A stretch of 64,000 nucleotides of DNA from Acidobacteriota bacterium (GTDB taxonomy: Bacteria > Acidobacteriota > UBA890 > WLXD01): NCBI GenBank assembly GCA_965205505.1, contig CBDBHB010000009.1, forward strand, positions 2,144,001 through 2,208,000. The letters are read 5' to 3'. This document shows positions 19,385 through 29,022 of this stretch, piece after piece. The notes below the pieces were generated by a model that was not told the origin of the DNA, did not search any database, and was given only the letters and a program-made list of their open reading frames with translations. A program made the position numbers and the translations under genes. Numbering within the stretch: the first letter of the stretch is position 1; each line of letters begins with the position of its first letter.

Positions 19385-19569
19385 TGGCCTGTAAGCAGAT
19401 GATCGTTGCGTATCGTGGCCGCCATCCTCCGGACAGATGGGCAGTTGCGGGCGATATCGGCGTTGCGCCTCGTCGACGATGCCCATTGCATCGCCTTCCT
19501 CGCCGCGCCTTGATCTCACCCGCAAATCCCATCTGCGATATGCAACGATCATCTGATACAGGACACTAG
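19381..19569. mobile_element. IS630-type MITE (189 bp, non-autonomous)
   Basis: About 35-bp terminal inverted repeats CTAGTGGCCTGTAAGCAGATGATCGTTGCGTATCG / CGATATGCAACGATCATCTGATACAGGACACTAG, CTAG at both ends; ends match the IS630 at 54453-55637. Confidence 0.8.
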
Positions 19570-19571
19570 CG

Positions 19572-20408
19572 ATGGCAAAGCAATCGATAAGTGAACCGAT
19601 CGACGTGCACGCGGAACCGCTGAAAGGCCGTTCCCACAAGACCTTCTTTCGGGCCGAGGAGGGGGAGAATCTCGTCTATCCGGACAGTATCGAGGTCGAC
19701 TTCGATCGCTCCGCCGAATTCGATGCCGCCGAGATGGATACCAGTGCGATCAACGTGCGCATCCGCGAGCTCATCGGCGAGGGGCATGGCCACATCATCG
19801 TCCGCAACCCTGGGGCCAAGCACTCCCTCGGGGTCGGAATCCTCAACCGGCTGAAGCTGGAGTTCGATGGCTCGCTCGGCTACTTCGGGATCGGCTTGAA
19901 CGATGGCCCGAACGTACGAATCCGGGGTCGGGTCGGCTGGTCGTGTGGCGAAAACATGATGGCAGGCACCATCGTGGTGGAGAAGAACGCGGGGTCGTCG
20001 TTCGGCGCCGCCATCCGTGGAGGTGATCTCGTCTGCCACGGCGATGTCGGAGCGCGAACCGGGATCAATCAGAAGGGCGGAACGATCATCGTCGGTGGAC
20101 GCACCGGAATGTTGTCCGGGTTCATGATGCAGCGCGGGCGCATGATCGTGCTCGGCGACGCCGGCGATAGCCTCGGCGACTCGATGTACGACGGAACCAT
20201 TTACGTTGGTGGTGAGATCGCGTCGCTCGGCATCGACGCGGTACCCGGCGAGATGACCGATCACGAGGCGGCCTTCTTGCAGCGCAAGCTCGACCTCTAC
20301 GGTCTGGAGGCGCCCAACGGAGTGGAGAAGCTGCAGAAGATCGTCGCAGGCAAACAGCTGTGGAACTACGACAACCTCGAACCCACTGAAAAGAAGATCG
20401 TGCTGTGA
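19572..20408 (+). CDS. GXGXG (GltB/FwdC-like) protein, N-methylglutamate synthase subunit B
   Basis: Repeated beta-helix motifs GENMMAG, GINQKGG, GDSMYDG. Confidence 0.85.
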   Translation: MAKQSISEPIDVHAEPLKGRSHKTFFRAEEGENLVYPDSIEVDFDRSAEFDAAEMDTSAINVRIRELIGEGHGHIIVRNPGAKHSLGVGILNRLKLEFDGSLGYFGIGLNDGPNVRIRGRVGWSCGENMMAGTIVVEKNAGSSFGAAIRGGDLVCHGDVGARTGINQKGGTIIVGGRTGMLSGFMMQRGRMIVLGDAGDSLGDSMYDGTIYVGGEIASLGIDAVPGEMTDHEAAFLQRKLDLYGLEAPNGVEKLQKIVAGKQLWNYDNLEPTEKKIVL

Positions 20409-21748
20409 CCGACAACGGCAAGCGTAACAAGGACATTCTGGGGCAGAACTTCGTGTTCAAGCCCAGCGTCATCGATGACATCCACATCAAGTCGGATCTG
20501 GGCCGTTACCGCATGCGCGGTATGGCGCTGTTCAAGAAGATCCCGACCTGGGACGACCTCACCTTTCTGCCCGGCACGCTCACTCGCTTCGTCATCGAGG
20601 GCTACCGCGAGAAGTGCCTCACGGAGACGGTGATCGGCCCCAAAGCGAAGCGTCCGCTGGTGATGGACATCCCGATCTACATCACCGGGATGAGCTTCGG
20701 CGCGCTGTCCTACGAGGCGAAGGTGGCGCTGGCGCGCGGTGCCACGATGGCCGGAACGGCTACATGCTCGGGAGAGGGCGGCATGCTGCCCGACGAGCGC
20801 CGCTACTCATCGAAGTGGCTCTACCAGTGCATCCAGTCGCGCTACGGATTCAACCCGCACCACTTGCGCCTTGCCGATGCCTGCGAGTTCTTCATCGGAC
20901 AGGGCTGCAAGGTGGGTCTCGGCGGCCACCTTATGGGGCAGAAGGTCACCGATCAGGTGGCGGAGATGCGCAACCTGCCGGCGGGCATCGACCAGCGCTC
21001 GCCAGCACGGCACCCGGATTGGCTGGGACCGGATGACCTGGCGTTGAAGATCGACGAGATCCGCGAGGCCACCAACGGCGAGATCCCTATTCAGTTGAAG
21101 CTCGGATCGGCGCGTGTCTATGACGACGTTCGCATGGCCGCCAAGACGGGCCCGGACAGCATCTACCTTGACGGTATGGAAGGCGCCACCGGCGCCGGGC
21201 CCCATCTGGCCACCGAGGAGACCGGCGTTCCGGGGATCGCTGCGATCCGGCAGGCACGGCACGCGCTCGACGACGTCGGCAAGACGGGCGAGATATCGCT
21301 GGTCTACGCTGGAGGCATCCGCAATGGGGCCGATGTGGCCAAAGCGCTGGCGCTGGGTGCCGACGCCATTGCGATCGGTACGGCGGCGATGGTGGCGCTC
21401 AACTGCAACCGCGACATCCCCGAAGCAGACTTCGAGGGAACGATCGGCGTGCCGGCGGGCTACTGCTACCACTGCCACACCGGTTTGTGCCCCGTGGGTG
21501 TCGCCACTCAGGATCCCGAGCTGCGCAAGCGCTTGGATCCCGACGAAGCGGCGATTCGCGTGTTCAACTTCCTCCACACGCTGGCCATCGAATGTCAGAT
21601 GATGGCGCGCGCCTGCGGCAAGACCAACGTCCACTCACTGGAGCCGGAAGACCTGGCGGCGCTGACCTCCGAGGCCTCGGCCATGGCGGAGGTGCCCATT
21701 GCGGGCACTCGCTACACCGTCGGCCACCCTGAAATGACCCGATTCTGA
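20405..21748 (+). CDS. FMN-binding glutamate synthase-family protein, N-methylglutamate synthase subunit C
   Basis: GMSFGALS, SGEGG, GQGCKVGLGG, CYHCHTGLCPVG. Confidence 0.9.
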   Translation: MTDNGKRNKDILGQNFVFKPSVIDDIHIKSDLGRYRMRGMALFKKIPTWDDLTFLPGTLTRFVIEGYREKCLTETVIGPKAKRPLVMDIPIYITGMSFGALSYEAKVALARGATMAGTATCSGEGGMLPDERRYSSKWLYQCIQSRYGFNPHHLRLADACEFFIGQGCKVGLGGHLMGQKVTDQVAEMRNLPAGIDQRSPARHPDWLGPDDLALKIDEIREATNGEIPIQLKLGSARVYDDVRMAAKTGPDSIYLDGMEGATGAGPHLATEETGVPGIAAIRQARHALDDVGKTGEISLVYAGGIRNGADVAKALALGADAIAIGTAAMVALNCNRDIPEADFEGTIGVPAGYCYHCHTGLCPVGVATQDPELRKRLDPDEAAIRVFNFLHTLAIECQMMARACGKTNVHSLEPEDLAALTSEASAMAEVPIAGTRYTVGHPEMTRF

Positions 21749-21769
21749 TCGAACACAGCGAGAGACAAC

Positions 21770-22186
21770 GTGAGCGACGAAGCCCCAAAGAACGGCGAGT
21801 CCCAAGCGGAGGACGTCGACTACTACCTCAAATCGAGCGGGCTGGATACCGACCGTGAGCTCGAGATCGGTCAGCACATCGGCTACCGGTACGACGTCAA
21901 CCTGGTGCCGGACTACTCGCTGATGACCCCGCTGCTCAAGAGGTACATCGAACACATGGGCTGGCCGGACCTCAACTGGATGGAAGATGTTCACATGGGC
22001 TACGAGGAAGGTCGTTCGGCCGTCTTCGACCGCAACATCAACGGCTGGGTGGCAGTCCCGGAAGATATGGAGCTGCCCGACTCGCAGCAGGAACGCGACA
22101 TGGTGGCGCGCGAGCTGCTGCTGAAATTCCAAATGTCACCGCAGCACCCGCTCTACGACCTGGGAGAGCGGCACAAGAAGTTTTGA
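21770..22186 (+). CDS. Hypothetical acidic protein inside the methylamine operon
   Basis: Clean 138-codon ORF with GC-rich third positions, between mgsC and the flavoprotein; no recognised family. Confidence 0.85.
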   Translation: MSDEAPKNGESQAEDVDYYLKSSGLDTDRELEIGQHIGYRYDVNLVPDYSLMTPLLKRYIEHMGWPDLNWMEDVHMGYEEGRSAVFDRNINGWVAVPEDMELPDSQQERDMVARELLLKFQMSPQHPLYDLGERHKKF

Positions 22187-22256
22187 GGCGTTCTTCTCTC
22201 CAGCGGGGTCGCGACGCGGCCCATATCGATCGACGAGGGTCGATCGCGAGGCCGAC

Positions 22257-23654
22257 GTGAGCGAAACCAAGAAGTGGGGCGCCGACGAGTTCTGGGGGCT
22301 TTCCTATGACTGGGATCCGCAATGGATCCTCACCGCGGAGCAGCAGGAGCTTCAGGCGTCGCTGATCGATCTCTGCCAGAGCACGATGCGTGAGAACGCC
22401 GTGGCGAGCGATCGCGACCTGATCTTTCCGCGCAAGAACTTCGAGGCCCTCGCATCCCTCGGCCTTCTCGGCCTGATAGTGCCGAAGGAGCTTGGCGGGC
22501 GCGGCGAGAGCCATACTTGCATGGCCATGGTGGTCGAGACCATCGCCCGGTATGGATGCGCCAGCACGGCGATGTGCTACACGATGCACGTCAGCGCCGT
22601 CGCCGCGGCGATGCTCCGGGCACACGGTAACGAGACCATTCAGAGCCTGATGCCGCGTCTCGACGACGAGGTCCTGATCGGCACCCTGTCGTACTCGGAT
22701 CCCGAGACGGGCTCGCACTTTTGGTACCCGTTCTCCTCCAGCGCGGAGCGTGTCGAGGGCGGCTGGAAGGTCAACAAGAAGTCATCGTGGACTACTTCAG
22801 GGGGGTTCGCCGACTGGTACGTCATACAGACCACCAGCCCGGACTTCGACGGCGACTACTCGGACCTGTCGGTTTTCCTGATCATGGCCGACGAGATCAG
22901 TGCCGATCCTTCGACCTGGGACGGGCTTGGACTGCGCGGCAACCAGTCGGGGCCGCTGCTGGTGGAGGATAGGACGATTCCCGAGGGTCGCCTTATCGGC
23001 CCGACCGGCGACGGCGCGAGCTCTAATGACGAGGCCGTCGATCCCTTCTTTCTGGCGTGCTCATCGTCCTGCTGGAACGGCATATCGATGGGTCTGATCG
23101 ATATTGCGAAGGGGCATACGACCAAGAAGAAGCACGTCGACGTGGGCATGAGGGTCTGCGATTACCCGACCATTCAGGATTACATTGGCGAGGCCGTGAT
23201 CGATACCAACACGTCGCGCGCGTTCGTCTACCAGTTGACCGCGGCGATAGACAAGAAGACCAACGACTGCGACTGGTCGATCCACGAGGACGTCGCCGTG
23301 CTGCCTCGGTCGACCGTGCTGCACTGGATGTGGCAAGTGAAGTTCACCGCCGCCAAGAACGTCGCCAAGGTTGCCGACAAGATGCTCCACGCTTGTGGCG
23401 GAACCGGCTACAAGCCGGGCCTGGGCATCGAGCGTTACCTTCGCGACGGCAAGGCTGGTTGGGTGATGGGCCCGACCAACGAGGTACTGCGGCAGTTTGT
23501 CGGCAAGGCGGTGTTGTTGGGGTTCGATTCGCTCGACTACTGGAACCAGTCGGTCAACGAGCGCGTGCTCCACAACGAGATCAAGAAGATGGACGCTGCG
23601 GCCAAGAGCGTGCTGGCGCAGAAGCTGCTCGCGGAGGCCGAGGAATCGCAGTGA
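22257..23654 (+). CDS. Acyl-CoA dehydrogenase-fold flavoprotein, non-canonical active site
   Basis: GLIVPKELGG, SYSDPETGS, KSSWTTSG, GLRGNQSG, IERYLRDGK; VMGPT where IYEGT is usual. Confidence 0.88.
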   Translation: MSETKKWGADEFWGLSYDWDPQWILTAEQQELQASLIDLCQSTMRENAVASDRDLIFPRKNFEALASLGLLGLIVPKELGGRGESHTCMAMVVETIARYGCASTAMCYTMHVSAVAAAMLRAHGNETIQSLMPRLDDEVLIGTLSYSDPETGSHFWYPFSSSAERVEGGWKVNKKSSWTTSGGFADWYVIQTTSPDFDGDYSDLSVFLIMADEISADPSTWDGLGLRGNQSGPLLVEDRTIPEGRLIGPTGDGASSNDEAVDPFFLACSSSCWNGISMGLIDIAKGHTTKKKHVDVGMRVCDYPTIQDYIGEAVIDTNTSRAFVYQLTAAIDKKTNDCDWSIHEDVAVLPRSTVLHWMWQVKFTAAKNVAKVADKMLHACGGTGYKPGLGIERYLRDGKAGWVMGPTNEVLRQFVGKAVLLGFDSLDYWNQSVNERVLHNEIKKMDAAAKSVLAQKLLAEAEESQ

Positions 23655-25996
23655 TCCTGTCGCAGCTCGAGGGGCCGCGCTGGGTCGCGGGAGGCCTGCT
23701 CCCCGAGGCGCCCGGCAGGGAGCGATATCGAGTCGCAGGCGGTGGTGCCACCGTCGTCGCGCTGGCGGCCGGTGACCGCATCGACATCACCGACGTCGAG
23801 GGCGGGCAGCGCTGCGAGCTGGCGGTCTTCTCTCCAACCGGCGGCGAGGACAGCGCCGCTCTCAATGTCGCAGCCGACAGCCAGCTGGGCGTACTGGGAA
23901 TTGCGCAAGCTGAGCGGCAAGCCGATACGGACGCCGCGGTCGCCGCTTTGCTGGCGCGTGGTATCGATCCACGTGGCGCGCCGGCACTGCAGCTGTTCCG
24001 CGGCGATGGGCCTCCGGGAGCGGCGGAGTCGTTCACGGCGGAGCGCGACGTCATCTGCATTGTTGGAGCCCCGGGTGGTCCGATGCGCGTCGATGCGCAG
24101 GATCCGCCGACCGACCTGCGGGTGATGGTTCAGCGAGCCCGGGTGACCGAGACCCCAGAGGTACCGCTGCCAACACCACTTGGCGATATGCGTCTCGACA
24201 TGCGCGTCGAGCGCGCCGCTGCATGCGCCTACGAGGTGAAGGCCGGCGAGTACATCCAGGTTATCGACGTGGCCGGACGGCAATGCTCGGATTTTCTCGC
24301 GTTTCGTTCCGGCGCCTTGCAAAACGGGGTGGAGAAAGGTCTCGACGCCACGGCTACTCGAACGCTCATGGGCTCAGCTTATCCGGCACCCGGCCTATAC
24401 TCGAAATTCTATGATCACGACCTGCAGCCGCTTGTCGAGGTCGTGCGCGATACGGTCGGACGCCACGACACCTTCGGGCTGGCATGCACGGCGAAGTACT
24501 ACGAGGACATGGGCTACTTTGGCCACGCCAATTGCTCTGACAACTTCAGCGCCGCCTTGGATCCCTACAGCATCGCATCGCGGCGAGGTTGGCCGGCGAT
24601 CAACTTCTTCTACAATACGCGCATCGACGACAACAACGTCCTGTACCTCGACGAGCCGTGGTCGCGGCCGGGCGACTACGTGTTGCTACGGGCGCTGGAC
24701 GATCTCGTCTGCTTGACCTCGGCTTGTCCCGACGACATCGATGCTGCCAATGCATGGAATCCAACTGAGGTGCATGTCCGTGTGTATCCGGCCAAGAGCT
24801 CTTTTTCGATGGGGATCGCACACCGGATGATTCCTGACGCCGAGCCCAAGCTGACGCGCGAGACCGGGTTCCACCCGCGTACCTCGGCGTTGACTCGGAA
24901 GTTCACCGAATATGGCGGCTACTGGCTGCCGACGGAATTCACCGGCTACGGCGCCATCAAGGAATACTACGCCTGCCGCGAGGGCGCGGTGGTGCTGGAT
25001 CTGTCGGCCCTTCGCAAGTTCGAGGTTCTCGGCCCCGGTGCCGAAGCACTGATGCAGGCCACGCTCACCCGCAATGTGCGCCGCGTAGCCGTCGGTCAGG
25101 TGTCATATACGTCGATGTGCAATGAGACCGGCGGGCTGCTGGACGACGGCACGTTGTTCCGCCTCGGCGCCGACAACTTTCGTTGGATCGGCGGCAACGC
25201 GACGGACGGCATCTGGCTGCGTGAACAGGCCGAGAAACAGCGGCTCAAAGTGTGGGTCAAGTCGTCGTCGGAACAGCTTCACAACATCGCCGTACAGGGC
25301 CCGAGTAGCCGAGATATCCTTCGAGAGGTTGTCTGGACCGCGCCCACCCAGCCGAGCATCGACGAGCTCAAGTGGTTCCGCTTTACCGTCGGCCGCGTAG
25401 CGGCGGCAGACGGCACGCCGCTGCTGGTATCCCGAACCGGTTACACGGGCGAGCTCGGCTATGAGGTCTGGTGCCACCCCGACGATGCCGTTGCCGTTTG
25501 GGATGCGATCTGGGAGGCGGGCGAGCCGCACGATCTGGCGCCGCTAGGCCTGGATGCTCTCGACATCTTGCGCATCGAGTCGGGGCTGATCTTCCCAGGG
25601 TACGAGTACGACGACCAGGTGGATCCGTTCGAAGCAGGCATCGGGTTCACCGTCGACCTCGAGAGCACGGACGACGATTTCGTTGGCCGGGCAGCCCTCG
25701 TCGAGCGCAAAGCGCACCCGCAGCGACTGTTGGTCGGCCTGGAGCTCGAAGGCAGCGAGACCGGTGGTCACGGCGACGGCGTGTACGCCGGTCGCAGTCA
25801 GGTGGGAGTGATCACCAGCGGCACGCGCTCTCCCATCCTGCGAAAGAACATCGCCCTGTGCCGGTTGGCCAAGGAGCACGCCGACCCTGGCACGGAGCTG
25901 GAAGTCGGTAAGCTCGACGGGCATCAGAAGCGCATTGCGGCGACCGTGGTGCAGTTCCCGTTCTATGACCCCGGCAAGAAACGTCCTCGTAGCTAA
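23651..25996 (+). CDS. tdm: Trimethylamine N-oxide demethylase (DUF1989 + GcvT domains)
   Basis: GTG start overlapping the upstream stop; GRQCSDF, HDTFGLAC..YYEDMGYFGHANCSDN..SACPDDID three-Cys site; SRTGYTGELGYE aminomethyltransferase domain. Confidence 0.88.
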   Translation: MILSQLEGPRWVAGGLLPEAPGRERYRVAGGGATVVALAAGDRIDITDVEGGQRCELAVFSPTGGEDSAALNVAADSQLGVLGIAQAERQADTDAAVAALLARGIDPRGAPALQLFRGDGPPGAAESFTAERDVICIVGAPGGPMRVDAQDPPTDLRVMVQRARVTETPEVPLPTPLGDMRLDMRVERAAACAYEVKAGEYIQVIDVAGRQCSDFLAFRSGALQNGVEKGLDATATRTLMGSAYPAPGLYSKFYDHDLQPLVEVVRDTVGRHDTFGLACTAKYYEDMGYFGHANCSDNFSAALDPYSIASRRGWPAINFFYNTRIDDNNVLYLDEPWSRPGDYVLLRALDDLVCLTSACPDDIDAANAWNPTEVHVRVYPAKSSFSMGIAHRMIPDAEPKLTRETGFHPRTSALTRKFTEYGGYWLPTEFTGYGAIKEYYACREGAVVLDLSALRKFEVLGPGAEALMQATLTRNVRRVAVGQVSYTSMCNETGGLLDDGTLFRLGADNFRWIGGNATDGIWLREQAEKQRLKVWVKSSSEQLHNIAVQGPSSRDILREVVWTAPTQPSIDELKWFRFTVGRVAAADGTPLLVSRTGYTGELGYEVWCHPDDAVAVWDAIWEAGEPHDLAPLGLDALDILRIESGLIFPGYEYDDQVDPFEAGIGFTVDLESTDDDFVGRAALVERKAHPQRLLVGLELEGSETGGHGDGVYAGRSQVGVITSGTRSPILRKNIALCRLAKEHADPGTELEVGKLDGHQKRIAATVVQFPFYDPGKKRPRS

Positions 25997-26005
25997 GGGT
26001 TTTCG

Positions 26006-27346
26006 ATGAGTTCTTTACCGGAAGCAAGCAAGTACGTCGTCATCGGTGCGGGTATTCACGGCCTGAGCACCGCCTATCATCTGGCGCTTGAGCTGAAAGC
26101 ACGGGGGCAGGGAAGTGGGGCCGACATTATCGTCCTCGACAAGGAAGGCGTCGGCGTCGGAGCGTCGGGGATTGCCTGCGGCGTAATCCGCAATAACTAT
26201 TTTCAGCCGGCAATGCGCGAGCTAATGGCGCACAGCGTCGAGGTATGGGACAGCGACCCGGAAGCGTATAGCTATCATCCGGTTGGCTACATGCAGATCA
26301 GCCCGGCCGTGATGGAGGCCGATGTCGCGCAGATCTACGAGCAGCAGAAGGCGATCGGCTACGAATCCGAGCTCATTGTCGGAGCGGCCGAGTCCGAGAA
26401 ATACATGAAGGGACTGTTCCACGACTGGAGAGCTCGCGGAATCACCTCCGTCTTGCACGAGAAGAAGGGTGGTTACGCCAACAACATGGCGTCGATGCTC
26501 GGGCTTGCCGGCAAGGCGGAAGGCGTCGGGGTGACGATCCACTCCGGGGTGAAGGTTGCCGGCTTCCAGCACACCGATGCCGGAATCACCGCCGTGGAGA
26601 CCGACCAGGGGACGATCCGCACCGATTACGTCGTCGTGGGTGTGGGCCCGTGGGTGAAGCACATCTGGGACATGCTCGAGCTGCCCAAGACCATCACCGT
26701 CAACGACAACGGCACGGTGCACGAGAACATCCCAATGTGGCGTTACTGGTGCCTGCAAGAGGGCACGCTCGGCGTCGAGCCTGATCTGCAGCGGACAAAC
26801 GACGGCGAGTTGCCCCCGGTGGTGCACATCGACACCGACGCGCCGCTCTACTCCGACCTCGATGGCTCGCTGATTACCGACCAGATATGGGGCATCTACT
26901 ACAAACCGGACTTCAACTTCGGCGGCGTCCAAGGTGGCGCCATGCCCTACAAGGTCGACAAGGATGCCGATGATGTGGCAGTCGATCCATACGGACCCAA
27001 GTCGCCCGACTTCATCGTCGGCGAGGATTTCGCCAACATGTGGTGCTCGGCGCTGGCGTTTTGTCAGGAGCGCTTCGTTGGCAAGTCCGGTCTGTTCCGT
27101 GGCGAGGAGCCGTCAGGCGGCATCGGCTCGTTCACGGCAGACAGCTTCCCGGTATTCGACGTCTTCCGCGGCAACTGCTACTTCGTCGCCGACTCCAACC
27201 ACGGCTACAAGATGCTCGGTGTCGGCAAGCTCGTGGCGGAGGAGATCGTCGGCAATCGGAGCGCGTTGCTCGAACCGTTTCGCTTCTCCCGCTATGCCGC
27301 GGGGAAGTTGCACCCGGTGTCCAACAGCCCGTACCCCTGGAGCTAA
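26006..27346 (+). CDS. DAO-family FAD-dependent oxidoreductase (SoxB-like paralog)
   Basis: IGAGIHGLS, GASGIACGVIRNNY, DSNHGYK. Confidence 0.88.
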   Translation: MSSLPEASKYVVIGAGIHGLSTAYHLALELKARGQGSGADIIVLDKEGVGVGASGIACGVIRNNYFQPAMRELMAHSVEVWDSDPEAYSYHPVGYMQISPAVMEADVAQIYEQQKAIGYESELIVGAAESEKYMKGLFHDWRARGITSVLHEKKGGYANNMASMLGLAGKAEGVGVTIHSGVKVAGFQHTDAGITAVETDQGTIRTDYVVVGVGPWVKHIWDMLELPKTITVNDNGTVHENIPMWRYWCLQEGTLGVEPDLQRTNDGELPPVVHIDTDAPLYSDLDGSLITDQIWGIYYKPDFNFGGVQGGAMPYKVDKDADDVAVDPYGPKSPDFIVGEDFANMWCSALAFCQERFVGKSGLFRGEEPSGGIGSFTADSFPVFDVFRGNCYFVADSNHGYKMLGVGKLVAEEIVGNRSALLEPFRFSRYAAGKLHPVSNSPYPWS

Positions 27347-27451
27347 TGCTACGCCCCACAAATAGTGGTACGCAGCACTGGTCACTAGGCTGATCGGGGC
27401 CTGACGACACGCCGAACACCACGACCGTCTGACGCAGGACACCGAGGAGCC

Positions 27452-27762
27452 ATGGAAAACGAGTTCACCGCCCTTACCGTCATCTTCACGGAGTTCTACT
27501 ACTGGGTTTGTATCGTCCTGATGTTCCTCATCCACGTCGGCTTCTGCCTGTACGAGGTCGGAGTATCGCGAAAGAAGAACATGATGCACACCCTGATGAA
27601 GAATGCGATGGTGATCCCGTTGATCACCGTGACGTTCTTCTTCTTCGGATGGTGGATCTACTTCGCGCTGCAGAACGGACCGGGCATTACCGGCGGCTTG
27701 ATCTCCGCTCCGTTCGCGGTCCCATGGAGCGAGCTCATGGGCACCCACATGGGCGGCCAACC
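27452..27762 (+). pseudogene. amt: Ammonium/methylammonium transporter (Amt) 5' fragment cut by IS3
   Basis: LMFLIHVGFCLYEVGVSRKKN..LMKN..FFFFGW; reading frame runs into the IS end at 27763 and the 3' part is not on the other side. Confidence 0.85.
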
Positions 27763-29022
27763 TGACCTGACCCCACGGTTAGTACCACGTCTTATCTCAG
27801 TAACTCGGTGCTGACAAGGGGTTGTTGAGGCCGGCGAAGCGGAGCGTAGCCGGCTTCAACAACAGCGCCTCCGGGGCCGGTGGTCGGTAGCCCAACGAGC
27901 TGTGCGGTCGCATGCGGTTGTACTGCTGCCTCCATCTCTCGATCAGAACCTTTGCCTCCTTGAGCGTGTAGAAGATCTCGCCGTTGAGCAGCTCGTCTCG
28001 GAGCTTGCCGTTGAAGCTCTCCACGTAGCCGTTCTCCCACGGCGAGCCCGGCTCGATGAACAGCGTGCCCACACCGAGCCTACCGAGCCAGTCGCGAACC
28101 GCCTCGGCGGTGAACTCCGGTCCGTTATCGGACCGGATGTGCTCAGGTATGCCCCGGTGCACGAACAACCACCCGAGCCGCTCGAGCACGTCCTCACAGT
28201 TGAGCTTCCGTGCCACGTCGATCGCCAGGCTTTCTCGTGTGTACTCATCGACGATCGTCAGCAGCCTCATAGCCCGACCCTCGTGCGTCCGGTGATGAAC
28301 GAAGTCATACGCCCAGACGTGATCTTTGCGCTGTGGTCGCAGCCGGATGCACGAGCCATCGCTGAGCCACAGCCGGGCTCGTTTGGGCTGCTTTGTCGGT
28401 ACTTTCAGCCCCTCACGCCTCCAGATACGCTGCACTCGTTTGTGGTTCACCCACCAGCCCTCCATACGCAACAACGCCGTCACTCGCCGATACCCGTAGC
28501 GCCCGTATTGTCGGGCTAGATCCACGATCCGCTCCGTCAACATCTGCTCATCGCCCGGTTCTCTTGGCATGTACCTGTGTGTCGTGCGTGGTTGTTTCAG
28601 TACCCGGCACGCCCGCCTCTCGGAGACGCCCAGCCGCCCCTGTACATGCGCCACCGCCTCGCGCCGTCGAGCTGGGCTCAGAAGTTTCCCTCCGCGACTT
28701 CCTTCAGGATCGACAGGTCGAGCTCTTTCTCCGCCACCAGTTTCTTGAGCCGGGCGTTTTCTTTCTCCAGCTGCTTGAGCCTTCTGGCCTGGTTGACCTT
28801 CAGCCCCCCGTACTCCCGCCGCCACCGATAGTAGGTGTGCTCGGTGATCGCTAGCTTGCGGCAGGCATCCTTGACCGTCCCGCCTTGCGCCAGCTCCACT
28901 TCAGCCTCCCGGAGCTTGCGTACGATCTGCTCGGCGCTGTGCCTCTTCGTCGGCATTCTGACCTCCCCTTTTCGACCCAGATCGTGAGATTACCTCTGGA
29001 TCCGTTTTGGGGGGTCAGGTCA
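27763..29022 (-). mobile_element. IS3 family (IS407-like) element; orfA 28678-28956, orfB about 27797-28681
   Basis: Ends TGACCTGACCCC / GGGGTCAGGTCA; GGGAAAC frameshift window; WAYDF, SDNGPEF and ESFNG DDE motifs; no target duplication. Confidence 0.95.

Noticed and set aside
23057-23650. N-terminal extension of the 979-aa ORF
   Set aside because: It overlaps the ACAD-fold gene in another frame; the likely tdm start is GTG 23651.
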